Positions 48,935 to 61,248 of a stretch of 64,000 nucleotides of DNA are shown here, in pieces (position 1 is the stretch's first letter; each line of letters begins with the position of its first letter). Under the pieces are notes generated by a model that did no database searches, was not told the origin of the DNA, and was given only the letters and a program-made list of their open reading frames with translations. The position numbers and the translations under genes are program-made. The stretch comes from Octopus sinensis (Eukaryota), in the NCBI RefSeq assembly GCF_006345805.1, contig NC_042999.1, positions 5,270,001 through 5,334,000 of the forward strand, read 5' to 3'.

Positions 48935-51039
48935 TGGCCACTGGTCCCACGAGGCTGAGGTGCAAGTCAAGCGTGACGCAGAGGCAGAAAAACAGGATGC
49001 TCTGTTACCTTACGCCTGAACCTGACAACTCCGCCACCATCAACATCGACAACAGCAACAAATACAAACAAAGGTCGCAAGGCCAAGCACCGTCAAACAC
49101 CATCAGTGAGTCCACCCAACCACCACAACCGACAACAACACCATGGCAGAATCTGCTACTAAAACTGCTATCCCTACTAAAGACGTCGCCACCAATAACA
49201 ATACCAACATCACCGCCACCAAAGACCGTGCCGTCAATGCTACTAATACTACTACACACGTCACCAAGAACGACAATAACAACAACAACAACAACAACAA
49301 AACAACAACAACAACAACAACGACGACGACACCAACAATTCCCTTCAACCACTGCTCACTCCATCACCAAAAGTGAAAAAATAACGACGACAAGCAAACG
49401 AAATGCCGAATTTGCGCTAATGCAGGACTAAATTACGCAGGCAATTTTCCACCCCTTGCTAGTTGCATAATCAGCAACCACAACCTACAACCCACACCCC
49501 TGCCATCAACACCAACACCACCGGCAGTAACAACAATAACAAAACAACAACAACTTCGCCGAGGCGATAAAAGAAAGGTAACAAAAGTTTCGTTTACTAC
49601 ACAACAGATTAAAGATTGCAGAAACCTTATTACAAATCAAAACGGAAAAATACTCTTACACATACCTCAGCACATACTGAATGAGGAGAAAAAAAAGACA
49701 ATGTATATAAAATCACAAATAAAAAAACAAAAGTCCAGAAAAGGCAAGCACAGACCAAGTCGAAAAGTGCTTACGCCCCATCTGGGGATACAAGGATTGT
49801 GTGACTTGGGGCGAACAAGTTCGCACACGTACAGGTGGTTTTTCAGAATGAAGAGTTGGCGAAGAAATTCTCAACGATAACCCTTCATTCTGATGAACTA
49901 ACGTTGACACGAGTACCTCGGCCAGAGGTGACGAAAGTCATTATCAGTGGTGTCCCCCAAGTGACTACAACACTGTGGATTACATCCGCGCTTAACATCC
50001 GAAATGGAGGACATAAACATCCTAGATATCGGTGTTTCGGAAAACAAGGACTGGCTGGGAAAGAGAATAGAGTTCCTCTTCCACATAAGTCAAGAGGACA
50101 TAAATAAAATCCCCACCCACGTACATCTTGAGGATGGCCGCAAGTTATACGTAGTAGTCGAGGGCAGAAGGCCACGATGCTATACATGTGGCAGTGAGGC
50201 ACACCTCAAAAAGGAGTGCAAATCTGCCGCAAAATTACAACAACAACAACAGCCACAGGGAAAATCACAAAAGCCAGGATTATTGCCCACACCACAATAT
50301 GGACAGCTAGTCAAGAAGCTGTATGCGGAAATGCAGGAAAAACAACAAAGAACAAGCCACCCACCAAACAACACCAAACCCAGCGCCAAGAACAGAATCA
50401 TCACCACCAACAACAAATAAACCAATTCCAACACCAAGAATAACAACGAAGAAGACAAGCACCAAGGATGTAGGAGAGACAATAACCACAACAAACCCCC
50501 CAGCAACACCCTCCCCGCGCACCACAACAATATCTACAACCGCACAAACACACCCAGACGCTTTACCCTTGCCCCCTGCTGATTCGTCAGACTTTTTTCA
50601 TAACGATGAAAGTTCGACAGAATGGCAAATAGCCACAGGGGTAAAAGAAAAAGATCAAGAAAAACCAAACAGAAATCGCAACCAAAGCAGGGAGATACCT
50701 GAACCCTGAAAACTCCATACACAACAAACAAGCACCAACACCACAAAAACAATGCTATCAGCGATAGACACAAAAGACTCCAAACTAATGGAGTACATCA
50801 CAGGATACACAAACATTTGTGAAGATGACTTTAAAAATAGCAATCATCCAGCACTACACCACCCACCCAAACACATCAAAATACTACACATCACACAAAC
50901 ACAACACCACAAACTCAAAGCCCTCTTCCCAATGCTGTAGGGGGTTTCCAGAAATATCTGTCCCAAAAACTATATAGAAAACCTCCTCGAAGACACATCA
51001 AAGAACGAGGAAGCCAAAACTTTCGACACAAGTAAGTAA
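48935..51039 (+). pseudogene. Tx1 ORF1 (gag-like), frameshifted
   Basis: Low-complexity T/Q/N N-terminus, RRM-like VVFQNEELAKKF..TKVIISGVP, and CYTCGSEAHLKKEC (CX2CX4HX4C) at 50178-50219. Confidence 0.8.
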
Positions 51040-51088
51040 CTCTCTGTACTTTCATTTGTGTGTTTTAAAGCACCACCCCAATAGAATC

Positions 51089-54000
51089 ATGGTCAAGATG
51101 GTTGTGTGAATGCGCGTGGCTTGGGGTCTCCTTGGAAACAAGGATACCTCCTAAATGACATCAAGTCACATGATTTGGGAATCATAGCCATAAGTGAGAC
51201 CAGACTCCACGAGCCACGGGCCCTAAAGTCCATGTTTGGCGGACAGTTTAACATTTATTTCGCTCCCTGTCTGCCGAGGATGGGCGGTAGTGGCACCGCG
51301 GTACTTTTTCACAAGAGCCTGGATCTCGAAGTCAAGACGATATTCGTAGCCCGGAGGGTGGTAGACTGATCGTTCTGGATGTTGACGGCAGCAATGGGTG
51401 CGCTTTTCGACTCGTATCAGTCTACGCACCGCCCTTAACAGGTCGGGCGGATTTCTTTCGACGTCTAGAAGTATTCTTGGGAACGTCTCGTCCTTTACTC
51501 TTAGTGGGGGATTGGAATGCTACCTTGGACACGCATGTAGACTACGTGGGTAGAGACGACAGAAACAGAAGGGGATGCAAATGCCTCAGAGACCTGCTCA
51601 GACGATTCCAACTGTCTGACAGGTACCGACTCGACCACCCAAATGCACCAACGTGGACATGGAGCAACCGCAGTGGGTCGTCGAGATCGTATCTAGATAG
51701 GATACTGTGTAGGACAGTAGACAAGGATAACTTAGGATGTCCACAATTCCACACAGTCAGCTACACGGATCACAAATTGGTGACGTGTACGCTAGACTTA
51801 GATAAGGCACATAGACAGGGTCCTGGGTACTGGAAACTGAACGCATCATTCCCGTCCAGACAAGTTTTCAGAGACCGGATTAGCACACTAGTAAAGAGGG
51901 CTTTGACGGGAGCCATCATCAACAACAAATGGTGGTTTGCCCTCAAGAGAGCAGTAAAAGCAGAAGCGATTAGGTACAGCAAAGCACTAGCCATAGATAG
52001 AAATAGAGTAGAGGGTGAGCTAGTTAAGAAGCTAGAAGAGGCAATTAGAAGCGGCATCGCATCCCCCGACGTTTTGGCGGCGAGGTTGGCCCTCGACCAA
52101 CACTTCAACGCCAAACACGAAGGATGTGCTGTCAGAGCTAGGATGCGTGCTCTAAGGAACGAAGGTGTTGGAGCCGCGAGAGAGGCCCGGGTGGCAGAGG
52201 CGCAACAGGGCAACAAAGCCACCATTCGGTCACTGGTAGATGAACAGGGGCGCGAATTGCTCGAGCCAAGTAAAATGTGTGAGGCCTTTCAGCAGCATTT
52301 TGCCCGACTGTTCGGGACGAGTGGAGGGCAAGAACGTAGGGTAGACTTCAGTGCCTACCTACATAGCCTGCCACGACTCTCGACAAGAAAGGCAGGGTGC
52401 TGCGAAGGTGCCATCACGGCGGCGGGAAGTGCGGGAAGCGATGGCAGAATGCTCGAGGGACAAATCACCGGGTTTGGATGGTCTACCCTACGAATTTTAC
52501 TATTGTATGCCAGACTTGTTTGGAGACGTCTTGGCAGCGGTATACTGCAACTGGCAGCAAAACGGGAGCATACCCGGTTTTGTGAGTCGAGGAGCTGTAA
52601 CTCTGCTGAAGAAAGATCCAAACAAGGGAAACATTATAGATAACTTTAGGCCAATCACTCTGCTCAATGCAGACCTGAAAATTTTGACAAGGGTGTTAGC
52701 CAAGAGGTGGCGCTTGTCATGGAGAAACTGGTCGACAACGCACAAACGTGCGCCGTGCCGGGCCGGAGCATCCATGACAACCTCCATCTATGCGTACACA
52801 TCATAGACAGGGTAGTTAACGAACCTGGCATGGGTGGGGCCCTGATCAACTTGGATCAATCGAAAGCCTTTGATAGGGTAGACATCGATACTTGGAGGCA
52901 GTCCTGAGAGCGGCTGGTTTCGGTCCCGTCTTCCGCGGCTGGATAGCTGCCTTGTACAGAGGCATCCGTTCGGTAATTCGCGTAAATGGACATCTATCGA
53001 GACCCTTCGACATTGCACGTTCGGTCCGTCAGGGATGCCCCCTCTCGGCGCTTCTATACGTATTGACTCTTGAGCCACTACTGCGGAAGCTGGCGACTCT
53101 GAGGGGCATCCCGCGAGAATTAGGATGCGGGACGAGCGTGTCTGCATACGCGGACGACGTCACCGTCATAGTGTCAAGCCACGAGCACATCGAGCGGGTC
53201 GGCGAGACACTGAAAGACTACGAAGCGGTGACAGGAGCAAAAATCAACCGGGAAAAGTCAGTGGGCTTGCGGCTCGGCACCTGGAGAAGCAAACCCATGC
53301 CGTCCACCAGTACCTCCGTCGTGGGACGCTGGACAGACGGCCGGTTGAGTTGCTCGGGGTCTGGTTCGGTCCGGACCTCCAAATGGAGAAGAACTGGAAC
53401 GAGATAACGAGTAGGGTGGTCACTCTCGCCCAGCAATGGTCCGAGAGGAAACTGTCCCTAAAAGGTCGGGCGGAGGTGGTGAACGCGTACATCGCGTCCA
53501 TCATCTACTACCGCCTGACCGTCGTACCTTGTCCCGACCCTACCATCACCAAACTAGAACGCATCCTCTTCCGCTTCTTGTGGAAAGGATGCGTCCCGAT
53601 GGTCAGGCGATCCATTTGCTGTCAACACCCGTTAAAAGGAGGGCTGGGCATGCCGTGGTTGATGATGCGCAGACACGCGCTGAGACTGCGACATCTCCGG
53701 CTCTATGTAGACGACGGTGAACAGGTGTGGTCGCCGTTTGTGAGGCACGCATTCCCGCAACTCGTCTCCATGACCGAACTACAGTCGTGGATCAAAAAGA
53801 GCCGAAGAAGGGCGAATGGCACCGCGAGTGTCGCGTTGCTCTCAAGCAACTCTGCCGTCCCGGGTCGACCTTGAGTGACTTCAACACAACCAAGCATTCT
53901 ATAGGGGATTAGTGGAGGGGAGGTACGACGACGAGCTCGGGGCAAACCTGGGCGTCGACGAGGAATACCTGACCCGCCTGTTTCAAACGACTTTCGGCCC

Positions 54001-54526
54001 GGGACCTATGGACAACTTCCAGAGATCCCTGGCCTGGCGGTGCTACCGAGAAGCGCTACCCGTTCGGGATAAGCTCTATAGGCATGGCTCGAGAAACACG
54101 GGGCCGACCTGCCCGAGATGCGGGCAGAGCGACGAAACCGCTCTGCACGCAATCGTGCAGTGTCCAGCAATTTCCCACCTGTGGGCTTATGTCGAACGAC
54201 TGCTGTCACGTGTGGGACGTGTCGGTTTATCCGCCGAGTCTATCGTAATATCGTCACGCCTCCTTCCTTCAAACGGGAAGGAAGAGCTATTTTTATCATA
54301 CTTGTGGCTATGGCGAAAGAATGTATCTGGTGGACGCGTCTGAAAGGATTAGAGACAAACACTTTCCTCTCTGGTCAATCTCTCATCAACTTCTTCAAGT
54401 ATCACTTGAAGAAAAAAGTGAGAGTAGAGAGGCAAGTTTTGTCTAGTGAATGTTTTAAAAAAAGATGTGAATGTAGCAAGGATGGCACGTATGAATGACG
54501 AAGCCACCTTGACTATGATTCTATGA
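51089..54526 (+). pseudogene. Tx1 ORF2 (APE endonuclease, reverse transcriptase, zinc finger), frameshifted
   Basis: NARGL..IAISETRL, LVGDWNA, YTDHKLV, GPGYWKLN; KSPGLDGLPYEFY, FRPITLLNAD, DQSKAFDRV, SVRQGCPLS, SAYADD; CPRCGQSDETALHAIVQCP. Confidence 0.92.
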
Positions 54527-54823
54527 ACCGTAAAAATTAATACAGAGAGTTGCTTATTTGCAAAAAAAAAAAAAGAAATATAACATGTACTTCATTGACC
54601 GAGGTTACCGTGGTCTTTTCCGTAGGCTTTTCTTTCCACGGGTAAACCTCACCTGTCCTCCCCTTTACACTTCATATGACATTCTGTGATAACGATCCCT
54701 ATTGATCAATTTTTTTTCCTCTCCCCCCTTTTTTTTTAACCCCCCCTTTTTTTTGTCCTTCTCTCCTTTTACGATCCCTTTTGATCGACCCCCCCTTTTT
54801 TTTTTTTATTTTTTATTTTATTA

Positions 54824-54863
<40 letters not shown>

Positions 54864-54950
54864 TTTTTTTTTTTTAAACCTTCAAAAAGAAAAGCTCTAC
54901 CTTGTAAATTGTTCTATCTGTGTACAGCCCTGTGTGGCTAATAAAGAAAC

Positions 54951-54997
54951 ATATCTATCTATCTATCAATCTATCTATTTATCTATCTATCAATCTA

Positions 54998-55037
<40 letters not shown>

Positions 55038-55156
55038 ATCTCTCTTCTATCTATCTATCTATCTATCTATCTATATCTCTCTATCTATCTATCTATCTAT
55101 CTATCTATCAATCTATCTATCTATCATCTATCTATCTATCTATCTATCTATCCAGC

Positions 55157-55221
<65 letters not shown>

Positions 55222-55223
55222 CG

Positions 55224-55297
<74 letters not shown>

Positions 55298-55302
55298 CCC
55301 AG

Positions 55303-55374
<72 letters not shown>

Positions 55375-55445
55375 TCTATCTATCTATCTATTTCTTCTAT
55401 CTATCCATCTATCTATATATCTATCTACCCATCTATCTATCTGTT
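54951..55445. repeat. (ATCT)n microsatellite, 3' flank or tail of the Tx1 element
   Basis: Seen directly. Confidence 0.97.
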
Positions 55446-55691
55446 TACCTGCATATTTATTTACCTACCTAGCTATTTACCTACTTAACTTCCTATCAGC
55501 AAATGTACCTATATATGAATATTCTGAAGGCATTGCGGTATCTCTACCTTGTACGTGTATTTCCTATTTAGTACAGGGAACGTTCCATTTATGAGGACGT
55601 ACTCCTGTATCTGACTGAGTAATGGGTCCTTCGGGTGCGTGGATAAAATGCGGATGTCAAGATGGAGGCACACTGGACCGACTCAACATCC

Positions 55692-55922
55692 TTTATTTCG
55701 TGTGTTACATATGTTTCAGTACTCAATCACATATGACGTTACACTGTAAATGCAGCCAGAGGGTACAGCCTTAGAGAGCCAGGTCTCAGTGAGCAAACGC
55801 ATTGTCTGATGTTGTGTTTGTTCACTGTGCTGGCTCTCGAAGGCTGTATCTTCTACTAGCTGCAGTTACAGTGTAACGTCATATGTGACTGAGTATTGAA
55901 ACATATGTAACACATGAAATAA
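55692..55922. repeat. ~230-bp foldback (long imperfect inverted repeat)
   Basis: Arms of ~105 bp pair almost continuously around an ~11-nt loop. Confidence 0.85.
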
Positions 55923-56068
55923 GTGAGTACCAAATCAGTGCTCATGTTCCCTTTCTTTCTCTCCCTCTCTCTCTCACACTCACACACTCACATACACACA
56001 CACATACATAATACATACAATCCATCACTGGAAATGTAAAAATCTGTAAAACTTTCCAAAATTTTATC

Positions 56069-56109
<41 letters not shown>

Positions 56110-56390
56110 CATGTCTAGCTATGCAATTACATGCATGAAAATACATACATAAAGCAAAACATACAAATCTACACATAACATACATATAAACAAAAATACC
56201 CTCTTGAAATTCCAATGAAGGAGCCTTGAATTTAGGTTAGAAACCGGCTCTTTCTTTATTGGCAAGAAATCTTGAAATAAAACTGAATACATACATACAC
56301 ACACACCACACACACACACATACACACACACGCATGCATACAGACAGACAGACAGACATACATACATACATACACGTATATATTTTTTGA

Positions 56391-57454
56391 TGCAAGAATG
56401 TTGTTGGCAGCGACTTCGAAGTTTCAGCCAGTTAAGTCCTCGTCGGACTGCAATGCATTATGGTTAGTTTTGCTTTCTATGGTCTCTGTTGAGTTAAACT
56501 CATCTTTGGCTGTGCGGGTTTGAGTGGGATGGTAATTAGGTTTTTATGGTTGTTTGTTATAGAAAGGTGATTTGGAAAAATTTAAATTTATTAAATTCGG
56601 GGTTTATGTTATTGCTCAGAATTTATTCATGCATGAAGAACTTTGTAAACAAGCCTACACGTGTTTCTATTTTGTCAGGTAGACGCAAGGTGTGACAGTA
56701 TTTTTGTTGCTTTTGGTATTATTAAATTTAAACCTTTTATTTCGACAACGAAAAGGTGAAAGGTACAAAGTCCGGTATTTAAGCCCTTAGTAATTGGGTC
56801 TGCCAACTTTTTTTCACTAAAGAATGTAGGTAGGTGGTCAGTTAAGGCTGGTCATTTCTTTATACGTTGTTGTTATTTGGGGGTATTTCTTGTCTTCATT
56901 TATAAGGCTAGGGTTATTAATCAGTCATATCACGGCTATGTTAGAATAGAAAGTTGCTTCTCTTGTGTTTTGATGGTCACGAACGTATTTGAGTAAACCC
57001 ACACCCCCAAATCCCCACTCAAACCCACGCACCCAAATCCCCAAACCCCCAAATCCCCACTCAAACCCACTCACCCAAATCCCCACTCAAACCCACGCAC
57101 CCAAATCCCCACTCAAACCTACACCCCCAAATCCCCACTCAAACCCACGCACCCAAATCCCCACACACCCAAATCCACTCAAACCCACACCCCCAAATCC
57201 CCACTCAAACCCACGCACCCAAATCCGCACTCAAACCCACACCCCAAATTCCCACTCAAACCCACAACCCAAATCCGCACTCAAACCCACACCCCCAAAT
57301 TCCCACTCAAACCCACGCACCAAAATCCCCACACACCCAAAGATGATTTTAACTCAATAGAGTTAATAAAGGTAAGACTAACTTTCATGCATCGTAGTCC
57401 GACGATGGTTTAGCTGACTGAAACTTCGCAGTCACTGTCAACAACATTCTTGTA
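56391..57454. mobile_element. Element with ~140-bp inverted termini carrying minimal hammerhead-like motifs (Penelope-like pLTR arrangement)
   Basis: Termini tgcaagaatgttgttgg.. / ..tcaacaacattcttgta. CCGACGA..GAAAC-TTCG(A/C)A-GTC occurs in both arms. Confidence 0.6.
56995..57335. repeat. ~25-bp minisatellite (ccccaaatccccactcaaacccac..)
   Basis: About 13 degenerate head-to-tail units with no unique spacers. Confidence 0.9.
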
Positions 57455-58183
57455 TAAGAATCAGTGACAGCTCGTAGATAGAATTAGTACGGGTGTTGCT
57501 TCAGAAAATTTTTAGCCTTTGCTTTAATATTGTGTCAAAGGAAATAAACATATAAAAAGAATATTTATACATAAACTTGATTGGTTTGCGTTTTAGCCAC
57601 TGTCGGGTTGTGTGTTTAATTTGTTTACTGAATACAATCGCGAATTCCCCCTTGTTTTTCAAAAATCACCCCTAAATCACAAAATAAGGGGATGGAAATC
57701 TGCTCTACTTTTCAAATCTTGGCAGTAACACTGAAGCTGGAAGCAGGATAATAATCTAATTCTACACTTTATCACATTCAAGAATATAAACATGATTTTA
57801 AGCACAACACACGCGGAGTAAAAAAGAAACACTATCTTTCACTGGCACTGCGTGAACGACAGTGCTCCCTCTCCCTAGCGTGAAGCTTCATATCTTGAAC
57901 ATGTGAGCATGCGCACAATAGCTAAACACCGTGTTACAGGAACTGTGAAGTGCACAGTTCTATACAAGGATTTTTGTATTTTTTTCATAAACTAGGGGAT
58001 GGCTACTGACATTAAGCATAAGGATTATATAATGTACAAGCATAAAGAAAGAATTAAAGAAAAAAGGACTCATTATATTGAATGTTATCGATAATATCGA
58101 GTGGAAATAGGGGGTACCGCCACTGATAAGAATAATGAATTTGTACTCTACTAAAGTATAGAGTTATCCATCAGATTAATCTT

Positions 58184-58600
58184 ATTTCTTTACTACCTAC
58201 AAGGGGCTAAACACAGAGGGGACAAACAAGGACAAAGAAAGGGATTAAGTCGGTTACATCGACCCCAGTGCGTAACTGGTACTTAATTTATCGTGAGCGG
58301 TGAGCTGGCAGAATCGTTAGCACGTCGGGCGAAATGCTTTGCGGTATTTCGTCTGCCGCTACGTTCTGAGTTCAAATTCCACCGAGGTTGACTTTGCCTT
58401 TCATCCTTACGGGGTCGATTAAATAAGTACCAGTTACGCACTGGGGTCGATATTATCGACTTAATCCGTTTGCCTGTCCTTGTTTGTCCCCTCTGTGTTT
58501 AACTCCTTGTGGGTAGTAAAGAAATAGGTACTTTATTTATCGACCCCGAAAGGATGAAAGGCAAAGTCAACCTTGGCGGAATTTGAACTCAGAACGTAAC
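58184..58600. mobile_element. Family B SINE (+, 58294-58528) nested in a family B SINE (-)
   Basis: 16-bp TSD ggtacttaatttatcg / ggtactttatttatcg. Confidence 0.88.
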
Positions 58601-59100
58601 GTAATCTAAAATTGTATTATAACTGAATATAAAAACGAACAATATATACGTTTGTGTGTGTATGTGTGTGTGTCTGTGTCTGTGTCTGTGTGTGTCTGTG
58701 TGTGTGTACTAAATTTGTACTCTACATAAGTATAGAGTTACCTACCAGATTAATGTAAAATTATTTTATTATAACTGAACATAAAAACGAACATTAATAT
58801 GTGTATGTGTGTGTGTGCGCGTGTTTCGTGCGTTAATACTTACTGCTCGACCGTGAGATTTTTAAAGAGAAGATCAAATTCGAAGCGTATAAATAAGAGT
58901 TTATTACTCGTCTACAACTTAACATTTACGACTAAACTGAACAATCACACGACATATCTTTCCTTCTCCTCCCACTTCCTCTTATGCTCACTAATTCAAT
59001 TCAATACCAAACCTATCTCCATTTTTCGCACCCCACCAACTCGTTTATACTTACTCTCTTAACCCACAAAATCAATTCTGTATCTAACTGTTACTATATA

Positions 59101-59492
59101 ACTAGCAGTATCGCCCGGCGTTGCTCGGGTTTGTTTCGACCCTTTAGAATTGGAATTTTTGAAAAGTAAAAATTGTGCATTATGTAGCTTGTTATTCTCT
59201 TTAAGTGAACATTTTTCTGGTTGAAATACACCGAAAAATGGCGACACAGCAGTCAAAAAATCGTAAAAAATAGGGATTTTCATAGAAAAAAGCACTTTTT
59301 GATGTAAATGATTTTTGGTGTTAACATGGTCCGATTTGAATTTTTTCTTCTACGGACGGAAGAGCAAGCCTTCTTCTATCATACTCTTGATTTTGGTCAA
59401 CTTGCGCCGCAGGGTCTCGGAGGAGATAGTGTTAGTTGAAGGCTACCAAACCTGCCATACACAGACTACTTCAGCTTTATATAGAGAGAGAT
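59101..59492 (+). mobile_element. Helitron/Helentron-like element, second copy
   Basis: Highly similar to 29879-30273. Confidence 0.7.
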
Positions 59493-59916
59493 AAGGAAAA
59501 TCTCGCCTCGCGAAATACTCTTTTTGAAAAGACATTATCGGCTAAATTTCGAACAATTCCCATTGATAATAAGCATTAGTTTGGCTCAACGACCAGTATC
59601 ATGTTCTGTATCTGGTAAATGTTTAGTGTACTCAAGCAATAATTTAAACCCCGCAAATTGAGGTTAGCATTTTGAACTGGGGTTCAGAACCAGTCGTGTT
59701 TTCTTCGAGAAACAATCCTATCTTCAGCGAGAAAACTAACCTTAAAATTTTACTCCAGAAGACGAAAAGCTTTGCCTCAGACAAAAAACATATTTGTACG
59801 AAATATATTCGGCCTAAAATTTTCAAAATGTCCGACTCCGAACAAACTATTTCAGATGATAAAGAATATCCGATTCCTTAACTCAACGAATCTGTTTCAA
59901 GGATTTGAACATAGGT

Positions 59917-60300
59917 AGGCGCAGGAGTGGCTGTGTGGTAAGTAGCTTACTTACCAACCACATAGTTCCGGGTTCAGTCCCACTGCGTGGAACCTTAGGC
60001 AAAGTGTCTTCTACTATAGCCTCGGGCCGACCAAAGCCTTGTGAGTGGATTTGGTAGATTGAAACTGAAAGAAGCCCGTCGTATATATGTATATGTGAGT
60101 GTGTGTCTGTGTTTGTCCCCTCCCAACATCGCTTGACAACCGATGCTGGTGTGTTTACGTCCCCGTAACTTAGCGGTTCGGCAAAAGAGTACGATAGAAT
60201 AAGTACTAGGCTTACAAAGAATAAGTCCTGGGGTTGATGTGGTCGACTAAAGACAGTGCTCCAGCATGGCCGCAGTCAAATGACTGAAACAAGTAAAAGA
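59917..60300 (+). mobile_element. SINE family A, full length
   Basis: Near consensus. Confidence 0.9.
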
Positions 60301-61248
60301 TGTATAGATTTAACATAAACGCAGGCAAAACCAAAACCTTTTATAGAATAGATAAGAACACATTACAGATTGCTCGATCGAAAATTCGATCTCTAGCTGT
60401 TACACATTCATATCTGTGTGTATACGTTGACACACTTGTATAGAATACATCCCCACTTTTGGCACTATTTTGTTAGTGAACAATACAAACTGTGTGTAAA
60501 GTATATTATGTATCACTACGCTGACTGTCGAGTCCGTGTAACATGAATAGTAAATAAACACGTAAACAATAACAATGGCTTTCATTTGGTTGTCTATCCC
60601 ATTAAAACCCAAACTACACATAACACTAGCAATCATATTATGCTGCTTTAAACACTCACAACAAAAGTTCTACAGCAGCCGAGTACTTGAGTGACTAGAT
60701 TGGAAAATAGGCGAGTGAATAAATTTCTTTACTCTTACTGAACCCTATTTTACTTAAAAAGATCGTAAAAGTGACTTAATTTTAACGCCTGAGACTGATC
60801 CGTCCATCAAAATCTAATTCAGTTACGCCCAGGAAAAAGATTTCAGATTTCCTTCTCCAGAGTATTATTGATAGGTCCACGGTAATACGGCACCAACACT
60901 GTAATAACATTGTTTAAATCTGATAAGGAATAAAAAAAATAATAATAAGCAGTATTTTCTCCGAGTTTGACGTTTGTGATTAGTATGCTTTCATTAAACA
61001 GCAGATTCCTTCGGATGCTCTCGAATTATGTAAGCACGATTGCCTGAAAATTTCGGTGAAAAAATGTATAAAAGCAATGGAGTGTGCTTAGATTCCTAGT
61101 CTAACTCCGAACATCTGACGAGATGGACGAGTCCCATGCAGATGAAACTTTCAGTAATTGGGAGTCAAGTCAGAATTTTATCAAATACATGTAACTCACC
61201 CAAATATGTTGACTGCTAACCTTTTAGATAAAATTCATATATAGAGAT

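Larger units (their letters stand above)
48714..54950 (+). mobile_element. Near full-length Tx1/L1-clade non-LTR retrotransposon (~6.2 kb)
   Basis: ORF1 with CCHC knuckle, ORF2 with APE, RT and zinc finger, pyrimidine-rich 3'UTR, AATAAA at 54940. The 5' boundary is tentative. Confidence 0.92.

Noticed and set aside
51032-51070. 39-nt GT-AG mini-intron fusing Tx1 ORF1 and ORF2
   Set aside because: Splicing does not join the apparent ORF1 frame to the ORF2 ATG frame, and the GTAAGT overlaps the probable ORF1 stop.
56995-57335. CRISPR-like array
   Set aside because: Head-to-tail degenerate units without unique spacers, no cas genes, and a eukaryotic context.
58842-58910. Possible minus-strand exon ending in a GTAAGT donor
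   Set aside because: Short, no recognisable protein similarity, weak acceptor and no partner exons.
59644-59881. Overlapping short ORFs on both strands
   Set aside because: No motifs or splice support; expected by chance at this length.
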